Counted from the first letter of the stretch, positions 13,301-23,058 are shown. The stretch is DNA of 64,000 nucleotides from Escherichia coli (GCF_003018255.1 NZ_CP027440.1); one strand, 5' to 3'. The notes: a model not told the origin generated them from the letters alone. Program-made: numbers and translations.

Positions 13301-14389
13301 TCAGGCTTGAAACGATTCCACTTTTTCGAACGCTGCACGTAACGTATCTGGTGTCAGCGTGACCGGCAGGTAATGAATGGATTCCACCGGACGTAAGGTG
13401 TGGGCAATCACTTTGTCGATCTCCGCCTGATTATTGATATCCACTTCCAGCTCCGCCAGCGTAGTCGGCAGATGAAAACGCTGATACGCCTCTGTTAATT
13501 GCGCCAGCACATCATCCTGACCCAGCAAGGCGCTTTGCACCAGAATTCCGTAGGCGACTTTGGTGCCGTGGAGAAACTTCTCGGTTTGCGGCAAAACGGT
13601 CAGACCGTTATGCACGGCATGGGCCGCCGCCACACGCGTAAAACGATCGCCCAGACCACCGACCATCCCACCACCAGCAATAATAGCATCCACCACATCG
13701 CAAAATGATTGCGTTAACTGTTGTTTTTGCTGATCGCTCAGCGCCTGTTCGCTACTGTTTAACAAGACGTCGCGAATGGCCTGCGCATTATTGATCCCCA
13801 GCCGCACGGTTAGCGGCAACGTTTCTGGTTGCGGAGCCAGCACCACCGCTTCATACCATTTCGCCAGCGTGTCACCGATCCCCGCCAGCAGATATTCTTG
13901 CGGCGCATTGAGGATAATCTCTGGCTCCACCAGCACCATAAAATTGGCGTCGTCGAAAATCTCATAATGCAGCGCCTGTCCGGCATCGTTATACCAGACG
14001 GAGAGCGGTGTCCAGGCGGCGCAGGTGGCGGCGATCGTCGGAACGGCAACAAACGGCAGACCGAGACGGCGGGCGAGGGCTTTCGCGGTGTCGAGCAGTG
14101 CGCCGCCGCCGACGCCAATCACCACGCTGCGATCGTCACCGGACTCAGCCGCCAGTTGTTGTACATCGCTTTCGCTGCAATGGCCGCGAAACAAAATATG
14201 CTTTGCCCCTGGCAGTTCAAACGCTGGCGGAAGTTTTGTTTGCGCCGCAGCAATGGCGCGTTCGCCGTAGATCCACACCGCGCGAGAAAGTTGTTCATCA
14301 GTGAAAAAATCGTGCAGGTGATTGAAACTTCCGGGATGTGAAAAGTAGTTAGCCGGGCCGACGACCACGCGGATAGGATTGTGAGGCAT
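13301..14389 (-). CDS. ybdH: Iron-containing (glycerol-dehydrogenase-like) alcohol/hydroxycarboxylate dehydrogenase
   Basis: 362-aa ORF with GGG nucleotide-binding motif (VIGVGGGALLD); convergent with ybdD, 9-nt spacer. Confidence 0.9.
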   Translation of the reverse strand: MPHNPIRVVVGPANYFSHPGSFNHLHDFFTDEQLSRAVWIYGERAIAAAQTKLPPAFELPGAKHILFRGHCSESDVQQLAAESGDDRSVVIGVGGGALLDTAKALARRLGLPFVAVPTIAATCAAWTPLSVWYNDAGQALHYEIFDDANFMVLVEPEIILNAPQEYLLAGIGDTLAKWYEAVVLAPQPETLPLTVRLGINNAQAIRDVLLNSSEQALSDQQKQQLTQSFCDVVDAIIAGGGMVGGLGDRFTRVAAAHAVHNGLTVLPQTEKFLHGTKVAYGILVQSALLGQDDVLAQLTEAYQRFHLPTTLAELEVDINNQAEIDKVIAHTLRPVESIHYLPVTLTPDTLRAAFEKVESFQA

Positions 14390-14497
14390 GTTGTGTTGTC
14401 CTTATTGTTTTATTTAGACATCTAAACGTCTTGATTGCCAAATACTAGCATCGTGTTATAGTGCCTTCAACACGCAACTTCGTCAGGTACAATAAAA

Positions 14498-15658
14498 ATG
14501 ACAAATAACCCTCTGATTCCACAAAGCAAACTTCCACAACTTGGCACCACTATTTTCACCCGGATGAGCGCGCTGGCGCAGCAACACCAGGCCATTAACC
14601 TGTCGCAAGGCTTTCCTGATTTTGATGGTCCGCGCTATTTGCAGGAGCGGCTGGCGTACCATGTTGACCAGGGGGCAAACCAATACGCGCCTATGACTGG
14701 CGTACAGGCCTTGCGCGAGGCGATTGCTCAGAAAACGGAACGTCTGTATGGCTATCAACCGGATGCCGATAGCGATATCACCGTAACGGCAGGGGCGACG
14801 GAAGCGTTATATGCAGCGATTACCGCATTGGTGCGCAATGGTGATGAAGTGATCTGCTTTGATCCCAGCTATGACAGTTACGCGCCCGCCATCGCGCTTT
14901 CGGGGGGAATAGTGAAACGTATTGCACTGCAACCACCGCATTTTCGCGTGGACTGGCAGGAATTTGCCGCATTGTTAAGCGAGCGCACCCGACTGGTGAT
15001 CCTCAACACCCCGCATAACCCCAGTGCAACTGTCTGGCAGCAGGCTGATTTCGCCGCTTTGTGGCAGGCGATCGCCGGGCACGAGATTTTTGTCATTAGC
15101 GATGAAGTCTACGAGCACATCAATTTTTCACAACAGGGCCATGCCAGCGTGCTGGCGCATCCGCAATTGCGTGAGCGAGCGGTGGCGGTGTCATCGTTTG
15201 GCAAGACCTATCATATGACCGGCTGGAAAGTGGGTTATTGCGTTGCGCCTGCGCCCATCAGCGCCGAGATCCGCAAAGTGCATCAGTATCTGACCTTTTC
15301 GGTGAATACCCCGGCACAGTTGGCGCTTGCCGATATGCTACGTGCAGAACCTGAGCATTATCTTGCGTTACCGGACTTTTATCGCCAGAAACGCGATATT
15401 CTGGTGAATGCCTTAAGTGAGAGTCGGCTGGAGATTTTACCGTGCGAAGGTACATACTTTTTGCTGGTGGATTACAGCGCGGTTTCTTCGCTAGATGACG
15501 TTAAGTTTTGCCAGTGGCTGACGCGGGAGCACGGTGTAGCGGCGATCCCGCTGTCGGTATTTTGCGCCGATCCCTTCCCCCATAAACTGATTCGTCTCTG
15601 TTTTGCCAAGAAGGAATCGACGTTGCTGGCAGCAGCTGAACGCCTGCGCCAGCTGTAG
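14498..15658 (+). CDS. ybdL: PLP-dependent methionine aminotransferase
   Basis: 386-aa aminotransferase class I/II ORF; SFGKTYHMTGWKVGY PLP-lysine region. Confidence 0.92.
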   Translation: MTNNPLIPQSKLPQLGTTIFTRMSALAQQHQAINLSQGFPDFDGPRYLQERLAYHVDQGANQYAPMTGVQALREAIAQKTERLYGYQPDADSDITVTAGATEALYAAITALVRNGDEVICFDPSYDSYAPAIALSGGIVKRIALQPPHFRVDWQEFAALLSERTRLVILNTPHNPSATVWQQADFAALWQAIAGHEIFVISDEVYEHINFSQQGHASVLAHPQLRERAVAVSSFGKTYHMTGWKVGYCVAPAPISAEIRKVHQYLTFSVNTPAQLALADMLRAEPEHYLALPDFYRQKRDILVNALSESRLEILPCEGTYFLLVDYSAVSSLDDVKFCQWLTREHGVAAIPLSVFCADPFPHKLIRLCFAKKESTLLAAAERLRQL

Positions 15659-16288
15659 TTATTTGACAGTCCAGGCACGGGAATATTGACGGTCGGCAAA
15701 CAACTCTTGCAGGCCGTTAATTTGTTTCAGGCGCAGCACTTCGTCGCTGTCCATTCCCAGCTCTTTGCCAATTTTATTATCGTCCCATCCCAACTGGCTG
15801 AGTTCACGAACAATTTCGGACATGGCAGTGATTTGGTGGCGACCACGAGCGCGGTTATGACGAATAGTCGCGGCGATGCGTTGATTACGCGTACCTTCCA
15901 GACAGGTCACCGGCAAATAACCTTTTAAGCGTAATTTTAACGATGATGAGCCTTTACCAATTTCATGGCGGTGAAAACCATCCACGATTTCCAGGGCATT
16001 TTTATCCGTATGCGTGACCACAATGGGTTGGGTAAAACCATCTATTTCAATGGATTTTTTCAGCAGTTTTTTTTCGGGTGGTGCCACGTTGTTTGGGTTG
16101 TAATCATTAGGCATAAGTTGGCTGTTTTTAACCCACAGAACGCAATCCACTGGCTCTTCACGAAAGGGGCTAACCTGATGGATCGCCATGCGGATTTCAT
16201 TAATCGCTTTGATGCGATCATCTTCCGGCAAGCTGGCGAGAAATTGGGTTAAATCCTGCGTTAATCGTTGTTGCATAGTATCCCCCAT
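15659..16288 (-). CDS. ybdM: ParB/Srx-like nuclease-domain protein (IbrB-like)
   Basis: 209-aa ORF; overlaps ybdN stop by 28 nt; stop codon abuts ybdL stop head-to-head. Confidence 0.88.
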   Translation of the reverse strand: MGDTMQQRLTQDLTQFLASLPEDDRIKAINEIRMAIHQVSPFREEPVDCVLWVKNSQLMPNDYNPNNVAPPEKKLLKKSIEIDGFTQPIVVTHTDKNALEIVDGFHRHEIGKGSSSLKLRLKGYLPVTCLEGTRNQRIAATIRHNRARGRHQITAMSEIVRELSQLGWDDNKIGKELGMDSDEVLRLKQINGLQELFADRQYSRAWTVK

Positions 16289-17481
16289 TCCTGACGTTTT
16301 CCTTTTATCCGTTCGTTATAACGCTGATAGTTCTTCGCTTTCGTAGGACTAAATGATAATGCCCGGCACCAGTAATCGTTATTGAGTAAAACTTTGCATA
16401 TTCGCCGCCAGGAGGGGATATCTTTCGCGCCAATGTCCCCTTGCTGGGTTTGTGGAACTTCGATGCCTTTTTTCTGATACCAGTGCAAATAAATGGCGAT
16501 TTTATTGCGGTAATGCTCAGCTGTTTTTTCCGGCATGCTATTGAGCAGCAATAATGCATATTCTTGCCAGTCTAAATGTTCTGGCTTGAGGATTTTCCGA
16601 TGACCATAAAAATGATTATCATGTCCGGCGTAAATGCCGCCACTTTTTACCCCGCTGACTCGTGCGCACATAGCAGCCCAGCGATCCGGTTCGATAACGT
16701 GATAGAGCCATAATCCTTGCCGTTGCTCCGGGCCAAAAGGTTCGCAAATTCGCATATGACGCAGAGGAACGCCTGCCTGATACATTATATTATACAGTGG
16801 GTTACAGAGCTGTTGATGGTTAGCATACCAGGTCCAGATATCAGCCACTTTCCAGTCGTAGATGGGGTAAATGTACCAGCTATGACCGCCTGGTGCGGCG
16901 GTGGTCCAGGGCATATCATCGGCAAAACGTTGTTTATTTAAACTGGCGATGGCGACAAAACGGTTGTAGGACTCATCTGCACGGATGCCGATCATCATCG
17001 CCGCCGGACGTTTTTGTGAAAACCATTCAGCAAACTCACGCACAAATTGTTCGAAGGTCATGCCAGGCTGGTAAAAGGAGAAAAAGTCAGGATCGGTTAT
17101 CGCATCTTGCGGGGGCTGACGCACCCATTCGACATCAGGTTCCCAGCACTGCCATTCGGGTTGGTATTGAGAAAGGGAATTTTGCGTCGTAAGCGGGAGC
17201 GCAACCCAGTAAAACTCTTCGATGACATCGGCGTAAAACTCACGTAATGACTGAACATAGTTAATAGTGCATGAGAACTGCGCTTCCCAGTCGATAAACA
17301 AAACGCAGATTTTTTTGCCCATTTGTCGGGCAATTTCGGCTGTCAGATGCAGCATTAATCCGGAATCTTTACCACCCGAAAAAGAAACACAGATACGGGG
17401 TAGGGTATTAAGTGTCCAGGTAATACGTTCTTTTGCAGCTTCCAGAATATTCAGTGGAAGCGGGATTTTATAAATAGACAT
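16261..17481 (-). CDS. ybdN: PP-loop ATP pyrophosphatase / PAPS-reductase-family protein (IbrA-like)
   Basis: 406-aa ORF with PP-loop motif SFSGGKDS near the N-terminus. Confidence 0.88.
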   Translation of the reverse strand: MSIYKIPLPLNILEAAKERITWTLNTLPRICVSFSGGKDSGLMLHLTAEIARQMGKKICVLFIDWEAQFSCTINYVQSLREFYADVIEEFYWVALPLTTQNSLSQYQPEWQCWEPDVEWVRQPPQDAITDPDFFSFYQPGMTFEQFVREFAEWFSQKRPAAMMIGIRADESYNRFVAIASLNKQRFADDMPWTTAAPGGHSWYIYPIYDWKVADIWTWYANHQQLCNPLYNIMYQAGVPLRHMRICEPFGPEQRQGLWLYHVIEPDRWAAMCARVSGVKSGGIYAGHDNHFYGHRKILKPEHLDWQEYALLLLNSMPEKTAEHYRNKIAIYLHWYQKKGIEVPQTQQGDIGAKDIPSWRRICKVLLNNDYWCRALSFSPTKAKNYQRYNERIKGKRQEWGILCNND

Positions 17482-17627
17482 CTAAAAACGCTCTCTGAAC
17501 GTTACGGGGTGACTCGTGAGATGAATCCGCTAATTATAGGATAAACGAAGCAAGATAGAGCACATTATTTTATATTCACACAATGAATTAATTGATGCGT
17601 AATATATTATTTGTCAGTGGTAATGAA

Positions 17628-18530
17628 TCAGAAACTATCATTTAAACGATCTATGAATCGGGAGAAGACAAGGTTGTTCAACGAAGCCTTGTTATAGGAA
17701 ATATAAAGTTTAACCGCAGGAAGAGGTTGTTCTAGTTTTATTTCTTTTAACTTCAAAAAATCACGATGTAAATCGTACAGTTCGGTGGGCACAATGCCTA
17801 ATAAGTCAGTAACAGAAATGCTATTAATTATAGTCAACAAAGAAGAACTGCGAAATGAAACTTTACGGTTTATAAAACGTTCATCTATGTCCATTTGAAT
17901 TTCGTCAATCCCTGCTGATTTAGATATCAACAGGGTGAATTCTTCGGCGATAATTTGTTCATAGTTACTGGTATCAGTAATACGAGGATGTTTGTTGCTA
18001 CATATAAGGGAATTGCGAATAGTGTGTAACGGCATGCAGATGACAGAGCGACTAATTACTGGTTGCAGTGTAATTGCCAGGTCAGTTTTGCGTTGAACCA
18101 ACAGTTCTTCGGCATTTTCAGCTGAAAGCAGGATGTCATGGCATTCTATATCGATTGAAGTATCTTGTCTAAGACAGCGGATTAGCATGTTGTTATTAGT
18201 ACAAGAAATAAGCTGAGGACCGTAGATAATAAAATTTTTCTTTAGTTCAGACTTATTAACGATATTGATCGTTTGTTCAAGGCCTCTGAGATTTTTCTCA
18301 AGATGGTGATGCAGGTTTAACCCTGTTGTAGTCGGCGCGATACCTTTCCCTGAGCGAATGAATAACGGGTCATTAAATTGCGCACGTAAACGTTGTAATG
18401 ACTGACTAACAGCAGAGGGCGTTATATATAATGATTCTGCCGCTTTACTAATGCTGAGATGTTGATAAATACATTCAAATATGACCAGTAAATTGAGGTC
18501 AAATTTTTTTAGATCATAAAGATTAGCCAT
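17628..18530 (-). CDS. ybdO: LysR-family transcriptional regulator
   Basis: 300-aa product from MANLYDLKKFDLNLLVIFE... (HTH, GGAG SD 7 nt upstream); track ORF extends 12 codons upstream; gene is visibly AT-rich. Confidence 0.88.
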   Translation of the reverse strand: MANLYDLKKFDLNLLVIFECIYQHLSISKAAESLYITPSAVSQSLQRLRAQFNDPLFIRSGKGIAPTTTGLNLHHHLEKNLRGLEQTINIVNKSELKKNFIIYGPQLISCTNNNMLIRCLRQDTSIDIECHDILLSAENAEELLVQRKTDLAITLQPVISRSVICMPLHTIRNSLICSNKHPRITDTSNYEQIIAEEFTLLISKSAGIDEIQMDIDERFINRKVSFRSSSLLTIINSISVTDLLGIVPTELYDLHRDFLKLKEIKLEQPLPAVKLYISYNKASLNNLVFSRFIDRLNDSF

Positions 18531-18687
18531 AACATACTCCGTTGTATTGTCTCTTCCATAAATCATTCACTTGATCAATAATGTTTTTTGTATTTATATG
18601 TATTATGTTTTTCTGCTTAACTTTGGATTAAGATTTTCTAAAATAGCATAGCTGTCAGGTGGGTTACGAGCAATTCATGCGTTTTTA

Positions 18688-18723
18688 GGATGGTTGAAAA
18701 GCAAGGATATATTTCAACCATCC
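18688..18723. repeat. Perfect 12-bp inverted repeat with 12-nt spacer downstream of dsbG
   Basis: GGATGGTTGAAA-agcaaggatata-TTTCAACCATCC, 13 nt past the dsbG stop in the dsbG-ybdO spacer; no flanking U-run on either strand. Confidence 0.5.
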
Positions 18724-18735
18724 ATGAATTATCCT

Positions 18736-19482
18736 TTATTTATTCCCCATAATGATATTAAGCATTTTCTGATCGGGTAATCCGACGGCTTGTTGCAGGG
18801 TATTTTCCTTACTCATGTAATAGATAGCTGGTGTGACATTTGCCCCCAGATCGTCCATGAGTTTCTCGTTGTCGCTTAACACTTTCATTTGCTCTGTGCT
18901 TACGTTTGCAGGCACGCTTAGCTTAAGCTTGCCACCAGAGGCTTCATATTGTTGCCAGGTTTTTGCGGGATCTTTGGAGGCAAGAATTGCCGCTGCTGTC
19001 GCCGGGCTTTCTGGCTTGATAACCCCAACCAACAATGTTCTTAATTGCACTTTGCCAGAATCTACCCACGGACGAGCCTGCTGCCAGAATTGTTTACAAT
19101 ATGGGCAGAACGGATCGGCGAAGACGTAGACAATGACCGGCGCATCTTTTTTACCGTCGAGGAGCCAGTGGGATTGTTCCATCCGTTGCCACATTTCACG
19201 TCCGGCGGGTGCGTAAATTTCTTTTTCGATAAGCGTGTTACTCAGGTTTTCACCTTTTTCGTTGTACATGTAACCAGAGATAGCGTGCTTACCATCTGGA
19301 GTCAGGTAGATGGTGACGCCCATATCCTGATACTTACCGAGATAACCTTTCATTCCTCCAGGGGCATCGAACGTTTTGATGATTGTAATACCCTGTTTTT
19401 CAATCGCTTTTACTGGGGCAGGAAGTTCCTCTGCGAAGGCGATTGCAGGAAGCAGAGCCAGTAAAAGTATCTTTTTTAACAT
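18736..19482 (-). CDS. dsbG: Periplasmic disulfide isomerase/chaperone
   Basis: 248-aa product from [17 protein letters not shown] (signal peptide); CPYC thioredoxin motif present; track ORF extends 20 codons upstream. Confidence 0.93.
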   Translation of the reverse strand: MLKKILLLALLPAIAFAEELPAPVKAIEKQGITIIKTFDAPGGMKGYLGKYQDMGVTIYLTPDGKHAISGYMYNEKGENLSNTLIEKEIYAPAGREMWQRMEQSHWLLDGKKDAPVIVYVFADPFCPYCKQFWQQARPWVDSGKVQLRTLLVGVIKPESPATAAAILASKDPAKTWQQYEASGGKLKLSVPANVSTEQMKVLSDNEKLMDDLGANVTPAIYYMSKENTLQQAVGLPDQKMLNIIMGNK

Positions 19483-19699
19483 TAATTTGTCCTTTTCAGT
19501 CAGTGCAAAAGTCGAGTAAAAGGCATAACCTATCACTGTCATAGGTAAGAGCTTAGATCAGGTGATTGCCCTTTGTTTATGAGGGTGTTGTAATCCATGT
19601 CGTTGTTGCATTTGTAAGGGCAACACCTCAGCCTGCAGGCAGGCGCTGAAGATACCAAAGGGTAGTTCAGATTACACGGTCACCTGGAAAGGGGGCCAT

Positions 19700-19853
19700 T
19701 TTACTTTTTATCGCCGCTGGCGGTGCAAAGTTCACAAAGTTGTCTTACGAAGGTTGTAAGGTAAAACTTATCGATTTGATAATGGAAACGCATTAGCCGA
19801 ATCGGCAAAAATTGGTTACCTTACATCTCATCGAAAACACGGAGGAAGTATAG
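19700..19853. promoter_or_regulatory. ahpC promoter region, expected site of OxyR control (exact operator not resolved)
   Basis: Position upstream of ahpC; ahpCF is a known OxyR regulon member; I could not pin an OxyR tetranucleotide array by eye, so only the region is given. Confidence 0.3.
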
Positions 19854-20417
19854 ATGTCCTTGATTAACACCAAAATTAAACCTTTTAAAAACCAGGCATT
19901 CAAAAACGGCGAATTCATCGAAATCACCGAAAAAGATACCGAAGGCCGCTGGAGCGTCTTCTTCTTCTACCCGGCTGACTTTACTTTCGTATGCCCGACC
20001 GAACTGGGTGACGTTGCTGACCATTACGAAGAATTGCAGAAACTGGGCGTAGACGTATACGCAGTATCTACCGATACTCACTTCACCCACAAAGCATGGC
20101 ACAGCAGCTCTGAAACCATCGCTAAAATCAAATATGCGATGATCGGCGACCCGACTGGCGCCCTGACCCGTAACTTCGACAACATGCGTGAAGATGAAGG
20201 TCTGGCTGACCGTGCGACCTTCGTTGTTGACCCGCAGGGTATCATCCAGGCAATCGAAGTTACCGCTGAAGGCATTGGCCGTGACGCGTCTGACCTGCTG
20301 CGTAAAATCAAAGCAGCACAGTACGTAGCTTCTCACCCAGGTGAAGTTTGCCCGGCTAAATGGAAAGAAGGTGAAGCAACTCTGGCTCCGTCTCTGGACC
20401 TGGTTGGTAAAATCTAA
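19854..20417 (+). CDS. ahpC: Alkyl hydroperoxide reductase, peroxiredoxin subunit C
   Basis: 187-aa 2-Cys peroxiredoxin (FTFVCPTEL peroxidatic Cys, resolving Cys in EVCPA). Confidence 0.97.
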   Translation: MSLINTKIKPFKNQAFKNGEFIEITEKDTEGRWSVFFFYPADFTFVCPTELGDVADHYEELQKLGVDVYAVSTDTHFTHKAWHSSSETIAKIKYAMIGDPTGALTRNFDNMREDEGLADRATFVVDPQGIIQAIEVTAEGIGRDASDLLRKIKAAQYVASHPGEVCPAKWKEGEATLAPSLDLVGKI

Positions 20418-20481
20418 ATTTCCTTTGTCTTTCGCGCTACTAACTCCGGCGCGAAATACTTCGGAAATTCACCTAATTCTT

Positions 20482-20506
20482 CGGGTGCTGCGGCACCCGA
20501 TTTTCT
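20482..20506 (+). terminator. Intercistronic attenuator-like hairpin between ahpC and ahpF
   Basis: CGGGTGC-tgcg-GCACCCG stem-loop followed by ATTTTCTT; a second hairpin (TTCGCGC / GCGCGAA) lies ~45 nt upstream. Confidence 0.45.
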
Positions 20507-20587
20507 TCCCCGCACCATGATGCAAGCTGCATCCAGGTAGCCGCAGAGGCCGCTTGCATGATGATGTTTAAAGCCCAGGAGATAAAC

Positions 20588-22153
20588 ATGCTCGACACAA
20601 ATATGAAAACTCAACTCAAGGCTTACCTTGAGAAATTGACCAAGCCTGTTGAGTTAATTGCCACGCTGGATGACAGCGCTAAATCGGCAGAAATCAAGGA
20701 ACTGTTGGCTGAAATCGCAGAACTGTCAGACAAAGTCACCTTTAAAGAAGATAACAGCTTGCCGGTGCGTAAGCCGTCTTTCCTGATCACCAACCCAGGT
20801 TCTAACCAGGGGCCACGTTTTGCAGGCTCCCCGCTGGGCCACGAGTTCACCTCGCTGGTACTGGCGTTGCTGTGGACCGGTGGTCATCCGTCGAAAGAAG
20901 CGCAGTCTCTGCTGGAGCAGATTCGCCATATTGACGGTGATTTTGAATTCGAAACCTATTACTCGCTCTCTTGCCACAACTGCCCGGATGTGGTGCAGGC
21001 GCTGAACCTGATGAGCGTACTGAACCCGCGTATTAAGCATACGGCAATTGACGGCGGCACCTTCCAGAACGAAATCACCGATCGCAACGTGATGGGCGTT
21101 CCGGCAGTGTTCGTAAACGGGAAAGAGTTTGGTCAGGGTCGCATGACGTTGACTGAAATCGTCGCCAAAATTGATACTGGTGCGGAAAAACGTGCGGCAG
21201 AAGAGCTGAACAAGCGTGATGCTTATGACGTATTAATCGTTGGTTCCGGCCCGGCGGGTGCAGCGGCAGCAATTTACTCCGCACGTAAAGGCATCCGTAC
21301 CGGTCTGATGGGCGAACGTTTTGGTGGTCAGATCCTCGATACCGTTGATATCGAAAACTATATTTCTGTACCGAAGACCGAAGGCCAGAAACTGGCAGGT
21401 GCGCTGAAAGTTCACGTTGATGAATACGACGTTGATGTGATCGACAGCCAGAGCGCCAGCAAACTGATCCCGGCAGCGGTTGAAGGTGGCCTGCATCAGA
21501 TTGAAACAGCTTCTGGCGCGGTACTGAAAGCACGCAGCATTATCGTGGCGACCGGTGCAAAATGGCGCAACATGAACGTTCCGGGCGAAGATCAGTATCG
21601 CACCAAAGGCGTGACCTACTGCCCGCACTGCGACGGCCCGCTGTTTAAAGGTAAACGCGTAGCGGTTATCGGCGGCGGTAACTCCGGCGTGGAAGCGGCA
21701 ATTGACCTGGCGGGTATCGTTGAGCACGTAACGCTGCTGGAATTTGCGCCAGAAATGAAAGCCGACCAGGTTCTGCAGGACAAACTGCGCAGCCTGAAAA
21801 ACGTCGACATTATTCTGAATGCGCAAACCACGGAAGTGAAAGGCGACGGTAGCAAAGTCGTAGGTCTGGAATATCGAGATCGTGTCAGCGGCGATATTCA
21901 CAACATCGAACTGGCCGGTATTTTCGTGCAGATTGGTCTGCTGCCGAACACCAACTGGCTGGAAGGCGCAGTCGAACGTAACCGCATGGGCGAGATTATC
22001 ATTGATGCGAAATGCGAAACCAACGTGAAAGGCGTGTTCGCAGCGGGTGACTGTACAACGGTTCCGTACAAGCAGATCATCATCGCCACTGGCGAAGGTG
22101 CCAAAGCCTCTCTGAGTGCTTTTGACTACCTGATTCGCACCAAAACTGCATAA
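20588..22153 (+). CDS. ahpF: Alkyl hydroperoxide reductase, flavoprotein subunit F
   Basis: 521-aa product from [11 protein letters not shown]; redox CHNC and CPHCDG motifs, FAD/NAD GxGxxG motifs; track ORF starts 10 codons upstream. Confidence 0.96.
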
Positions 22154-22183
22154 GAAGAAGTAAGATTCACCTGCAATTGCTTA

Positions 22184-22214
22184 GCCGCCGGGGTCAAACC
22201 TGGCGGCTTTTTTA
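22184..22214 (+). terminator. Intrinsic terminator downstream of ahpF
   Basis: GCCGCCggggtcaaacctGGCGGC stem followed by T7 run, 30 nt after the ahpF stop; a palindromic GC-rich segment preceded by an A5 run (22222-22258) may serve the convergent uspG. Confidence 0.7.
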
Positions 22215-22273
22215 TTGCATTAAAAAGCCCTGCAGGGATGGCTCCGGGCAGGGCGGGAGACTTATTCTGGCAA

Positions 22274-22702
22274 TTAACGCACAACCAGCACCGGCAAATT
22301 GGCGTGGCGGATCACGCTCGAGGCGTTAGAACCCAACAGATGAGTTGAAATTGATGGGTTACGCGAACCAATCACTACTACATCTGCATCAAGTTCTTTC
22401 GCTAACTCGTTAACTTCATCCCGCACACTACCAAAACGGACATGTTGCTTAATGCGGGAAGGATCGATGGTGAAGTGGCTGACCATCGTTTGCAGACGTT
22501 CTTCTGCTTCATGTTGCAGATGCTCTTCAAAACGACGTACATCAGCGGCAAAACGGTGCAGGCTCAGGCTGGCTGACCCCGGTAGTACGTGAAGTAGATG
22601 AATAACTCCGTCATCCTGGGCGAGGAATTCAGCGTGGCGAATCGCTTTGTCGCTCAATTCCATTTCGAAAACATCCACTGGCATGATGATTGTTTTGTAC
22701 AT
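22274..22702 (-). CDS. uspG: Universal stress protein G
   Basis: 142-aa product from [11 protein letters not shown]; track ORF extends 11 codons upstream. Confidence 0.92.
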
Positions 22703-22826
22703 AAGCATTCTCTCCTTGTTTTTGCATGTATGCATAACAGCACATTATTGGTTATGAATCTATAATTTGCGAGGCTGATTTGATCTGAATTTGCTATTGA
22801 GCTGGAAAATAAATAAAAACCAGGCG

Positions 22827-22916
22827 CTACCAGCGTTGTTCAAGGTATAGCACTGCAGCAACAATAATTGCTGCTATGAATATATAAAATGCAGTGATAC
22901 CGAGAGCTTCGCTCAT
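22827..22916 (-). CDS. Candidate 29-aa small hydrophobic (single-TM) protein, unannotated
   Basis: ATG..TAG ORF translating to MSEALGITAFYIFIAAIIVAAVLYLEQRW; below the 60-aa track cut-off; weak SD; coordinates +/-1 nt; no homology check possible. Confidence 0.3.
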   Translation of the reverse strand: MSEALGITAFYIFIAAIIVAAVLYLEQRW

Positions 22917-23058
22917 ATGAGGTTCCGCAGATGAATAGCCAGTTCAGATTAGAATGCTGCGCTTAAGAGCAAAATGATAAATCTGGTTGATATTTGAGCG
23001 GAAAGAGGATGCGAGTGCATCCTCTGGGCAAAGCGAGTTATCGCTTGTGCAGATGGGA

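Noticed and set aside
14415-17486. Identical 12-mer TAGACATCTAAA at ~14415-14426 (ybdH-ybdL spacer) and ~17475-17486 (ybdN start)
   Set aside because: A single shared 12-mer in 64 kb is expected by chance many times over; the second copy simply overlaps the ybdN initiation codon.
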